DNA of 64,000 bases, taken from positions 96,001-160,000 of the forward strand of contig CAVTHO010000007.1 in the NCBI GenBank assembly GCA_963734545.1, written 5' to 3'. Source of the DNA: an uncultured Spirochaetota bacterium (lineage in GTDB: Bacteria > Spirochaetota > Spirochaetia > SZUA-6 > Fen-1364). A program made the position numbers and the translations under genes. Positions within the stretch are counted from its first letter, which is position 1. Every line of letters begins with the position of its first letter. Below the pieces are notes generated by a model. The model was not told where the DNA came from. It did no database searches and saw only the letters and a program-made list of their open reading frames with translations. Below are positions 10,544 to 19,066 of the stretch, piece after piece.

Positions 10544-11893
10544 ATGAGAAAAATCTTCACGTGCGGAATCGCGGTTCTCGTTCTTCTCCTGGCCGCGGGT
10601 TGCCCTAGTCCGGACGGGACGCCCGGTCCCGGGCCGTCAGAGCACAAAGCCTCCATAAAAGGCACGGTGTTCGATACCGTGACCGGCGAGCCTGTTGCCG
10701 GGGTGACCGTGGGATTTGCCGGCGCACGCGCCGGCACCGATGCCGCGGGAAGATTCGCACTGGACCTGGGCACAGGCACGGGCACGGTCAACGGATCATG
10801 GAGCATGCACAAGGAAGGCTACCAGTTCAGCTATCTCCAGGAAGTGTCCGTTGACGCAAGCCGTGACTGGGAAATAAGTGTCCCGACCCGGCGATGCAAC
10901 CGCTCCGCCTACAGTGATCGCGCATCCGTGTTCGGAAAGGTCTATTCCTCTCCCGGCGTCGAGATCGCCCTGGGCTCGAAGGTCACCGCGTACCTGTTCA
11001 GCGCAAGCGGCGCCTTCAACGCGTACTCAAACCTGCCGTATGACGGTCAATACGCGTTCTCCACCCCGATTTCCTGCGCGGACTGCCTTCTCGTGGCGCT
11101 CGTGGAGCCGGTGGGAGGCGTGGCTTTCGTTGCCATGGTCCAGGGAGTCGACCTGACAGGGCTCGCGCCGGTGAGGCAGGATGTGACAGCTCCCGAGTCG
11201 GGGTACACGGACGTCCTGATCACTCCCTCCCGCGCGGGCAACCTGGCCAGCTGCTCTTTTGTCACGAAGTACGGCCTGGTCCCGGCTTTTTTTTCCGCTC
11301 CTGTGCCGACCATGAGCTGGCGGTTCACCACGGCTGCTCCTGTTTCTGTCGGCATGTTCAATCCTTTTGCCTGGAACAAGGCAGTGTGGACTCAAATTGA
11401 AGAAGATCCCGGCTTTGGCGGCCTGCCCTCCCACGTCAAGGAATTCATCAGCATCTCCGCGCCGGGTGACTTCTCAAGTTCCGTTGTCCTCCCTGCGCCC
11501 GATCATGGTCTGGGTCCGACAGGGTGTGGGGAACCGGAAAGCCTTGCCTACGCAGACGGAGTTCTTTCTCTCAACGCCGTTGCCGGTGCCCGGTTCTACG
11601 CATACACCATGCGGGCGAGCTCGGCGGCAGGGGACATACTGGGCACGGTTGTCACCCGGAACTCCGCCGCGGTGCTGCCGGGCTGGCTCCTGAAGATCAT
11701 GAGTGACCGGACCGTGCACATGTGTTTCGACGTCCTGGACTGCGCCGCAGTACCGCAGGATCCGCTGCACGCCGGCGCCCAGTCATCGACTCCGATTGCC
11801 GTGGGACGGGTGCGGGGGAACGGCACCAGCCTCTCCTACGAGAAGCTGCTCTGCATCCCCGCCGCCGGATCGGCGGTCATTGGACTGGAATGA
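10544..11893 (+). CDS. Lipoprotein with a carboxypeptidase-regulatory-like (transthyretin-fold) domain; C-terminus GSAVIGLE
   Basis: Lipobox LAAG-C; IKGTVFDTVTGEPVAGVTV...TDAAGRF motif; beta-rich. Confidence 0.75.
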   Translation: MRKIFTCGIAVLVLLLAAGCPSPDGTPGPGPSEHKASIKGTVFDTVTGEPVAGVTVGFAGARAGTDAAGRFALDLGTGTGTVNGSWSMHKEGYQFSYLQEVSVDASRDWEISVPTRRCNRSAYSDRASVFGKVYSSPGVEIALGSKVTAYLFSASGAFNAYSNLPYDGQYAFSTPISCADCLLVALVEPVGGVAFVAMVQGVDLTGLAPVRQDVTAPESGYTDVLITPSRAGNLASCSFVTKYGLVPAFFSAPVPTMSWRFTTAAPVSVGMFNPFAWNKAVWTQIEEDPGFGGLPSHVKEFISISAPGDFSSSVVLPAPDHGLGPTGCGEPESLAYADGVLSLNAVAGARFYAYTMRASSAAGDILGTVVTRNSAAVLPGWLLKIMSDRTVHMCFDVLDCAAVPQDPLHAGAQSSTPIAVGRVRGNGTSLSYEKLLCIPAAGSAVIGLE

Positions 11894-11971
11894 TCCAGGG
11901 CAGAGGCCACTTTTCTGGAGATTCGTTGTCGGGCTTCGGCCCGAATTGAAACCTGTTCGAGGAGGTCGTGT

Positions 11972-13280
11972 ATGAAAGTGAAGTTGCTCATTCTCGGGCT
12001 CCTGCTCACGATTGTGCTTCTCGGCTGCCCGACGCCACAGATGGGCACGGGTCCCGGGACGCTGGGCGGAAAGGAGCGGACCGGCACGGTGACGCTGGCC
12101 CTGCCCAGGATCTCATCGTACCTGGCCCAGGCATTTGGCGTCTCACCCTCCCTCGTCTCGGCAGCTCCAAAGGCGCTCTTGATCATCAATCGCGTGGAGC
12201 TGAGTCTCTGGCTGAGCGGGGAAGAGATAGAAACCCTGGAGGTCAGCCCGAACACCGGGCCGAACATGATTCAGCCGATCGAATGGAGCGTCCCTTCCGC
12301 GGCCGGGTACACGGTGACGGCGAAGATCTTCAACACCAGCGTGGACGCCGCCACTCCCCTGCTCTATGGGACTTCCGATCCCTTTGACGTGTCCGCAGGT
12401 GGGACCACGAATGTGACGATCCGCCCCGTGCCCCATCCCCCCATCACGCTGGCGCCCATCACGGTACCTGCCGGTGGAGTTGCCAGCACGACACTGGCGT
12501 CCTGCTACGTCACGGGGCCGGTGGAGGCACCGGAGTATGGATGGCGCGACGAGCGCTGGTTTGCCATCGATACCTCCCTCTATTCCGCCATCCGCGTGAG
12601 CGCCGATCCGGACGCATCGAGCGCGGTGTACATGACGGTTGCGGACCAGACGGGCAAGATCCGGGCCCATGCGCTGAGCGGCGCCATGGGCAATATGGGC
12701 CCTGCCTACTGGAACTATGGCGGGGCGGCCACACTCGGCGTTCTCACGGGCGGGAGTACGTGCTACGTGGGGCTGGTCACTCTGTCGAGCACTGGCTCTT
12801 CGGTGAACAGCAGCGTCGACGTCAGCTTCTCTCCCGATGACGGATGACCCTTACGAGGAGAACGACACGATCGGAACGGCCGTGAATGTGCCCAAGACCA
12901 CGGTGATCAATGGGATCGATCTGGACAGCCCAACGTACACCTGGCCGGGAGGGGGGGGAGACTGGTACAAGTTCACGCTCACCGGAGCGGATGACCCCAA
13001 CGTCACGATTGTGCTCGAGTTCGACATGGACGTGAGCGACTTCGTACTGGGACTGTATTGGTATGTCGGCGCGGATGTGAACAGGTTGGAAGAATCCGAT
13101 ACTTCAGTCCTGTCCGGCCCCACGAACCCGGCAGCCAAGGAAAAGGAACAGATCGCCAGAACACTTGATCCGGGAGTCTATTACCTGTGGGTGCAGGCGC
13201 GCAACCAGTGGGCCAGCGGCAACAGTTATCGGCTCCAGTGGGTGGCGGGCAACGGGACCATCACGATCGGACTGGAATAG
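11972..13280 (+). CDS. Lipoprotein with PPC-like domain(s); +1 frameshift near 12842; C-terminus GTITIGLE
   Basis: GGAGG RBS; lipobox LLG-C; ORFs 11972..12847 and 12837..13280 join at CCC GAT GAC (G) GAT GAC CCT; DDPYEEND...DWYKF...PGVYYLWV PPC-like pattern. Confidence 0.75.
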
Positions 13281-13351
13281 GCGGGGAGGGCACCTCCGGT
13301 TGATTTGACCGCGACGCGCGCCTTGTGCCGGGCAAAGGTCGAGGCGCGCGC

Positions 13352-15106
13352 TCATGTCGCGGCGGTCACGATCCTGTTCTTTCCGCCGCGCTTGGCCTCG
13401 TACAGCAGGGAGTCTGCCGCGCCGATGAGCTCTTCCGGCTGTGAGCCGTTCTCCGGGCCGACCGCGACGCCCATGCTGACTGTCACCTGGACGCAGGGAA
13501 ACGACGAGCCTTGAAGGAACTCACGGGCGGCAATGGCCGCGCGGATGCGCTCCGCCACCACCACCGCGCCTTCCCGACCGGTGTAAGGCAGCACGACGAC
13601 GAACTCCTCCCCCCCGTATCGGGCGGGGAGGTCGATCTCACGGATGCAGCTCCTGATCCTCCCTGCCAGCTCGCCCAGGATGTGGTCTCCTGCCAGGTGT
13701 CCGAGCGAATCGTTCATGGACTTGAAATCATCGATATCCATGAGCACGAGCGAGGTGGGGTGGCTCTGACGGAGTGAGCGTTTCAACTCGAGGATGAGGA
13801 ACCGCTTGAAGTAGCCCTGGTTGAAAAGCCCGGTGAGAGCGTCGTTGGCGGAAGCGCTGAGCGCCGAGCGGTAGCGCGCGCGAAGCGATTCCAGCTCGCC
13901 CTTCTGCTTCAGGAGCCGGCCGACCCGGGCCAGGATCTCCCTCGCGTCCACGGGGGGCATCATGATGTCATCCGCTCCGCTGGACAGGAAGCGGACCCTG
14001 CTTTCGGGATCGTTTTCCGGGTCCAGGACCACGAGCGGAGTGAACCGCGTCTCCTCCCGCTGCTTCAGCTGCCGGGAGATTTCGAGGGCCTCCGCGCCGC
14101 GGCCCTCCGCGTCGAGTATGATCAGTGAAGCCCCCGCCAGGCTCTCGTCGCGGGCCACGTCTTCCACGCGCCCGGCGGCCCGCACATCAAAACCTCTTGC
14201 GGCGAGCAGGGCGCGGAGGCCTTCCAGCCCGCCGTTCGCCGAAGAAAGCAGGATGCGCGGCGCTTGCCCCGAAGCGGCGAAACCCGTCTCCCCTTCCGGG
14301 ACAGTCCTGTCACCGGACATCGATCTGGACCGGAGTTGTTCCCTGTATTGCTTCAGCCGGAGGATCGAGGAAATGCGGACAAGAAGCTCCGCCTGATCCA
14401 CGGGCTTGGAAAGAAACTCGTCGGCTCCCGCCTCCAGACCGACTGCCTTGTCGTGCGCATCGAAGAGAGCAGTCACCAGGACTATCGGGATCTGCAGGGT
14501 ACGGGCGTCGCCTTTCAGTCGGCGCGTCACCTCGTAGCCGTCCAGATCCGGCATCCGCACGTCGAGCAGAACCAGGTCCGGGTATTCCTCGACGGCCTTT
14601 CTGATGGCCTCTTCGCCGCTGAACGCCTTGATGACCTCGTAGCCTTTGCTGCGCAGGCCCAGGGCGAGCGAATCGACGATCATCGGCTCGTCGTCCACCA
14701 CGAGCACGCGCGCGGTCCCCGCGGGCGCGTACGCGGTCGGCGTGTCGACCAGGCGGCCCACCGTCTCAAGGAAGGAGCTGCTGGCGATCGGCCGGGTGAT
14801 GTAGGCGTCGCACCCGGCCCGGATGGCCTCCTGCCGCAGGTCCTTCGTATCCGGGGTCACCGCGATCACCGGCAGCGCGCGCAGGCCGGGGTCTTCCTTG
14901 ATGACCTGGATCGTTCGCAGGCCGCCCATTTCGGGAAGACGCACGTCCACGATCACGCAATCAGGCGCGTACTCGCGCGCGGCACGAACGCCGTCCTCCG
15001 CGTCTGCCGCTTCCACGGTCAGATAGCCTCCCAGCGTGAGCAGTGTGCGCAGGAGCTTTGTGTTCAGCGGCTCATGTTCGATGACGAGCACCGTCCTGTT
15101 GGCCAT
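13352..15106 (-). CDS. PleD-like response-regulator diguanylate cyclase (REC-REC-degenerate REC-GGDEF)
   Basis: VDVRLP and LDVRMP phospho-Asp sites, third degenerate REC, REID I-site, RYGGEEF. Confidence 0.9.
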   Translation of the reverse strand: MANRTVLVIEHEPLNTKLLRTLLTLGGYLTVEAADAEDGVRAAREYAPDCVIVDVRLPEMGGLRTIQVIKEDPGLRALPVIAVTPDTKDLRQEAIRAGCDAYITRPIASSSFLETVGRLVDTPTAYAPAGTARVLVVDDEPMIVDSLALGLRSKGYEVIKAFSGEEAIRKAVEEYPDLVLLDVRMPDLDGYEVTRRLKGDARTLQIPIVLVTALFDAHDKAVGLEAGADEFLSKPVDQAELLVRISSILRLKQYREQLRSRSMSGDRTVPEGETGFAASGQAPRILLSSANGGLEGLRALLAARGFDVRAAGRVEDVARDESLAGASLIILDAEGRGAEALEISRQLKQREETRFTPLVVLDPENDPESRVRFLSSGADDIMMPPVDAREILARVGRLLKQKGELESLRARYRSALSASANDALTGLFNQGYFKRFLILELKRSLRQSHPTSLVLMDIDDFKSMNDSLGHLAGDHILGELAGRIRSCIREIDLPARYGGEEFVVVLPYTGREGAVVVAERIRAAIAAREFLQGSSFPCVQVTVSMGVAVGPENGSQPEELIGAADSLLYEAKRGGKNRIVTAAT

Positions 15107-15200
15107 GGCCACCACTATAGCGCATGCCGGCCCGCAACGGAAGCGCACCGCGGCGTGGAGTACCGCTCTGGCCGCCTGGTGCGGACTCCGTCCGCTGCGG

Positions 15201-15222
15201 GCGCCGCGGTACTCCGCGGATT
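15201..15222 (-). repeat. REP-like hairpin unit
   Basis: GCGCCGCGG-TACT-CCGCGGATT, the reverse complement of the consensus unit. Confidence 0.8.
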
Positions 15223-15237
15223 CGTGGCGCCGCGCTC

Positions 15238-16659
15238 TTACGTGCGCGGCCGCCGGGAGACGGCGTAGGCGGTGAGTGCCTCCCTGCGCGTGAATGCCAT
15301 GCGGCCGCAGCCTTCCGCGACGGCGGCGATCATGCTTCCGGGTAACGCGTCCAGGAAGCCTCGCGGCGTCAGCGCGCCATCGAAAACATGGCGGGCCTCG
15401 TCCAGGTGAGCGCGCACCCCGTCCGTGCCGAGGTGCAGGTAGATGAAGAGGGAAAGGGGGGAGTTCTGCAGGTCGAAGCGGGAGGCGCTTGCCCTGCCGT
15501 TCGCCAGCAGGTCGCGCAGCGTCGGGTCGAGCGGCAGGTCCGCCGAGGGGCGGTATGCGGGCAGATAGTCGTCCAGCTTGCTCCCTTTCTGCCGCGCGTC
15601 GAGGTCCCCCATGAAGAGAGCCACAGGCGCGTCGCCGCCGCTGATCTCCGCGAGCGCCTCGAGAATAGCCGCGGTCAAGAGCTTGATTCCGAGGTACCCG
15701 CGGGCCGTGATCACGTTTCTCTCGCCCCGCTTTTCCATCCGCCTGTATTCCTCCGCGGGCGGCGTGTCCCGATATCGGCCGAAGATCGTGCGGGGGTCCA
15801 GCGTCCGCAGGAAGCCTTCCATTCCCTGGAGGGCGACCCGATAGCTTCTGATGGAATATACACCCTGTGTCCGCAGGGACGGATTGGACTCCGGCAGCAG
15901 TTTCCAGGTATTGTCGAGGAACCGGGTCACCTCTTTCTCACCGAAGTTCGCCACGTCGCGGTTCGCGAAGCTCACGGCCCATCGTACCCCTTGCCGGATC
16001 CTCTCACGCGTGAGCCCTAGGCCGATTGCACGGTTCGCGTCATCGAGGCGCAGCTCGAGATGCTCGGCAGGGGTCACGCCATCCGCGCCGGGCATCCGAA
16101 ACGGGATCGTTGCCTCGATGCACGCGGTGGAAAGGATGAGGTCTTCTTCCCGGACAGCGGCCCCGAGCTTTCTGTTCATGACCAGCGCGCTCAGGAACTC
16201 GTTCATGCCGCCGAACGGCTCCAGTTTCTGACCCGGCTGAAAACCGAACACCGCGAGGGAGAGGGCAAGCTGCCGATCTCCGGCCTCCGTGACCGGCCGA
16301 AGGTACAGCGCGCCATTCCTGATTTCGATGCTCGACTCCACCGCTTCGGCGATCTGGGGGATGAATCCATGGTCGACGTGGTAATAGACGAGGTCATGAA
16401 ACAGGGCGGCCAGCGTCGTGTAAGGATTCCCGGTTTCGACCAGATCGAACACGTGCTCGGGAGTGTGGAAGCTCCGCGCCTGGGCGGTCATCGCCTGGTT
16501 GATGATGATGCCGGTGCGCTCGACCTCCGGGAGGGGCATGCGGGCGCCCAGTTCCTCGAGCGCGGTGCGCAGCAGATGGATGGAGCGGTGAATCGTTCCG
16601 GCGGGCAGCCGCAGAACGGCCCGGGGCTTCCGCTTCGTCTTCGGGGAGTTTGTTTTCAT
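15238..16659 (-). CDS. HD-superfamily metal-dependent hydrolase-like hypothetical protein
   Basis: RSFHTPEH...LAALFHDLVY...RDVANF motifs. Confidence 0.65.
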   Translation of the reverse strand: MKTNSPKTKRKPRAVLRLPAGTIHRSIHLLRTALEELGARMPLPEVERTGIIINQAMTAQARSFHTPEHVFDLVETGNPYTTLAALFHDLVYYHVDHGFIPQIAEAVESSIEIRNGALYLRPVTEAGDRQLALSLAVFGFQPGQKLEPFGGMNEFLSALVMNRKLGAAVREEDLILSTACIEATIPFRMPGADGVTPAEHLELRLDDANRAIGLGLTRERIRQGVRWAVSFANRDVANFGEKEVTRFLDNTWKLLPESNPSLRTQGVYSIRSYRVALQGMEGFLRTLDPRTIFGRYRDTPPAEEYRRMEKRGERNVITARGYLGIKLLTAAILEALAEISGGDAPVALFMGDLDARQKGSKLDDYLPAYRPSADLPLDPTLRDLLANGRASASRFDLQNSPLSLFIYLHLGTDGVRAHLDEARHVFDGALTPRGFLDALPGSMIAAVAEGCGRMAFTRREALTAYAVSRRPRT

Positions 16660-16725
16660 TCGTTTCACATTGTGAAACGTACTCCCCGGAATGACCATCG
16701 AGCAAGCAGGAAATGGGGCGAAGTT

Positions 16726-16799
16726 AATCCGCGGAATACCGCGGCGCACTCAATCCACGGACTACCGTGGCGCACTTAATCCACGGAATACCGTGGCGC
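16726..16799 (+). repeat. Three tandem REP-like hairpin units, 26-bp period
   Basis: AATCCGCGG-AATA-CCGCGGCGC, AATCCACGG-ACTA-CCGTGGCGC, AATCCACGG-AATA-CCGTGGCGC. Confidence 0.85.
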
Positions 16800-16810
16800 T
16801 CGGTCTACGG

Positions 16811-17647
16811 TCAGGCGGGATCTCTCCGCGGCTGCCGCTGCCTGTATGCATCCGGAGGCACACCGACAACAGCCTTGAAATCACGAATGAAGTGGGCCTG
16901 GTCGAAGTATCCCATTTCCAGTGCGAGCTCGCCGCAGGTGAGGCGGGGGTCGCGCGCGAGGCGTTCAGCGGACTCCTGGAGGCGGATGCGGCGAATGACC
17001 TCCTTGGGGCCTATGCCCACCTCCCGTCGGAAGAGCCGCTGCAGCGCCCGTACATCGATGCCCGCCCGCATGGCCGCGTGCGCCACGGTGAGAATGGAGC
17101 GATCGCTCATGATGCGCTCGGCTGCGAGTGTCGACAGGGAGGGGACCTCGGAGAATCGGGAAGCCGAGGCGCGGCGTTGACGGCGCCAGAACGAGTCTGC
17201 AAGAGCCGCCCGATCCTCGTCGCGGGAAGCAGCGGCCATGGCCTGGGCCCATAGCCGTCCGTCGCTCCCGAACACCTCGGAAAAAGGTATTGATCTGCCC
17301 GTCAGGTCGCTGACCGGCCTGCCGAAGTACGGAAAGAATCCCCCCGGCCGGAACTTGATTCCGAAGACTCGTCCCCTGCCTGCGATGGTTTTCACGAAAG
17401 TGCGCGCGGGTACTCCGTACAGGAAAGCGCCTTCCGGCTCTATGGCCACATTGACGCTCGCGTGGGACAGGTTGGTTTGTCGGTGCTCCTGTCCCTCGGG
17501 CAGGTCCCACTCGACGATCCAGTAGCCTTCGATCCACGCCTGCAGGTCGGAAGCAGGCGCATGCCGGTGCAGGATGAACCGGGTGAGCGCCGAAGAGAAA
17601 TCGAGGATACCCTTTGACGGATCACGGGGGGTCACGCGCATAGGCAT
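16811..17647 (-). CDS. AraC-family transcriptional regulator (DUF6597-like N-domain)
   Basis: RALQRLFRREVGIGPK...LALEMGYFDQAHFIRDFKAVVGVPP; N-terminal YWIVEWDL, GIKFRPGG. Confidence 0.9.
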   Translation of the reverse strand: MPMRVTPRDPSKGILDFSSALTRFILHRHAPASDLQAWIEGYWIVEWDLPEGQEHRQTNLSHASVNVAIEPEGAFLYGVPARTFVKTIAGRGRVFGIKFRPGGFFPYFGRPVSDLTGRSIPFSEVFGSDGRLWAQAMAAASRDEDRAALADSFWRRQRRASASRFSEVPSLSTLAAERIMSDRSILTVAHAAMRAGIDVRALQRLFRREVGIGPKEVIRRIRLQESAERLARDPRLTCGELALEMGYFDQAHFIRDFKAVVGVPPDAYRQRQPRRDPA

Positions 17648-17775
17648 GAAAATACAATCGTTTGCGGCGGGTGGGAACTCCGGCAGAGTTTTACGATTCT
17701 TTTACACGTTTTTTTCCCGCAGATGGCAACTGGATGGCAGAGCAGGGATAGGCTCCATTGCGAAAGGAGCCTACC

Positions 17776-18975
17776 ATGAACGAATTTCACATCAGCGTAC
17801 GAGATAATGCCGCGGGGTACCGTGGACGCAACAATTCCGCGGGATACTGTGGACGCAGCAATTCCACGGGATACCGTGGACGCGTGATCCTGGTCGCCCT
17901 CGCCCTGCTTCTCGCGTCCGCCGGTCTTGCGGTCGGAGAAGACCGGATCCAGCTCGCGATTCTCCTGGACACGAGCAATTCCATGGACGGCCTCATCGGG
18001 CAGGCGAAAAGCCAGCTCTGGAAAGTGGTGAATGAGCTGGCGCGCGCCAGGAGGAACGGCAAGGCCCCCGTGCTTGAAGTGGCGCTCTTCGAATACGGGA
18101 ATGACGGGCTCGCGGGGTCTGAAGGGTATCTCCGCATGGTGTCCGACCTGACCACGGACCTCGACAGGATTTCCGAGGAGCTGTTTCAGCTCACCACGGA
18201 TGGGGGAAGCGAATACTGCGGGATGGTCATCGACAGGGCGGCGGAGAAGCTTTCGTGGAGCCGCGCCAGGGATGTCCTGAAAGTTATCTACATCGCCGGC
18301 AACGAGCCATTCACGCAGGGACCGGTTCCCTATGCGGCATCCTGCGCCCGGGCGATCAAGAAGGGCATTGTCGTCAACACGATCTTCTGCGGCAGCTTCG
18401 ACGAAGGGGTCGCGACATTCTGGAAAGACGGCGCTGACCGGGCCGACGGCAGGTACATGAGCATCGACCAGAACGAAGTGGCGGCCGCGATCGATACACC
18501 GTTCGACAAGGACATCGTCAACCTCGGGAACGAGCTCAACCGGACGTACATCGGCTATGGAAGCAGGGGTGCAGCGCTGAAAGGCCGGCAGGAGGTGCAG
18601 GACGCCAACGCCGCTTCAATGGGACAGGAAGCAACCGTGCAGCGATCGGTAGCCAAAGCCCAGGGCGCGTACGCGAACTCCGGCTGGGACCTCGTGGACG
18701 CGGTGACGAGCAGGCACGTCAGCCTCGGAGCGCTGAAGGACGAAGAGCTGCCTCCGGAAATGAAGAAAATGACCCTCGCGCAGAAAGAGCAATACGTGCG
18801 GGACCTGACGAAACGAAGGACGGAGCTCCAATCGAAGATCAACACGGAGAATGAAAAAAGGCGGGCCTGGCTGGCTGCCGCGACAAAGAACACGGCGGAG
18901 AAGAGCACGCTGGACGTGGCGATCCTCGGCTCGGTGCGGGAGCAGGCTGAGAAGATGGGTTTCTCGATCAGGTAG
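17776..18975 (+). CDS. Exported vWA-domain protein
   Basis: AAGGAG RBS; MIDAS LLDTSNSM; AGNEPF; signal peptide after three repeat-derived nonapeptides. Confidence 0.85.
   Translation: MNEFHISVRDNAAGYRGRNNSAGYCGRSNSTGYRGRVILVALALLLASAGLAVGEDRIQLAILLDTSNSMDGLIGQAKSQLWKVVNELARARRNGKAPVLEVALFEYGNDGLAGSEGYLRMVSDLTTDLDRISEELFQLTTDGGSEYCGMVIDRAAEKLSWSRARDVLKVIYIAGNEPFTQGPVPYAASCARAIKKGIVVNTIFCGSFDEGVATFWKDGADRADGRYMSIDQNEVAAAIDTPFDKDIVNLGNELNRTYIGYGSRGAALKGRQEVQDANAASMGQEATVQRSVAKAQGAYANSGWDLVDAVTSRHVSLGALKDEELPPEMKKMTLAQKEQYVRDLTKRRTELQSKINTENEKRRAWLAAATKNTAEKSTLDVAILGSVREQAEKMGFSIR
17806..17883 (+). repeat. Three in-frame hairpin repeat units (27-bp period) inside the vWA gene
   Basis: Encodes NAAGYRGRN/NSAGYCGRS/NSTGYRGRV; stems CCRCGG-GRTA-CYGTGG. 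Confidence 0.8.
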
Positions 18976-18986
18976 AATCGGACCGG

Positions 18987-19013
18987 GGGGCGGCGGCGTT
19001 TGGCCGCCGCCCC
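18987..19013 (+). terminator. GC-rich stem-loop after the vWA gene
   Basis: GGGGCGGCGGC-GTTTG-GCCGCCGCCCC; short T tail only. Confidence 0.55.
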
Positions 19014-19017
19014 TTCA

Positions 19018-19047
19018 TTGACAGCGCTGCCTGCGCTCTGCTAAGAT
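19018..19047 (+). promoter_or_regulatory. Sigma70-type promoter of the hybrid kinase
   Basis: TTGACA-18nt-TAAGAT with extended TG. Confidence 0.6.
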
Positions 19048-19066
19048 TGTTGATCCAGGCTGCGCA

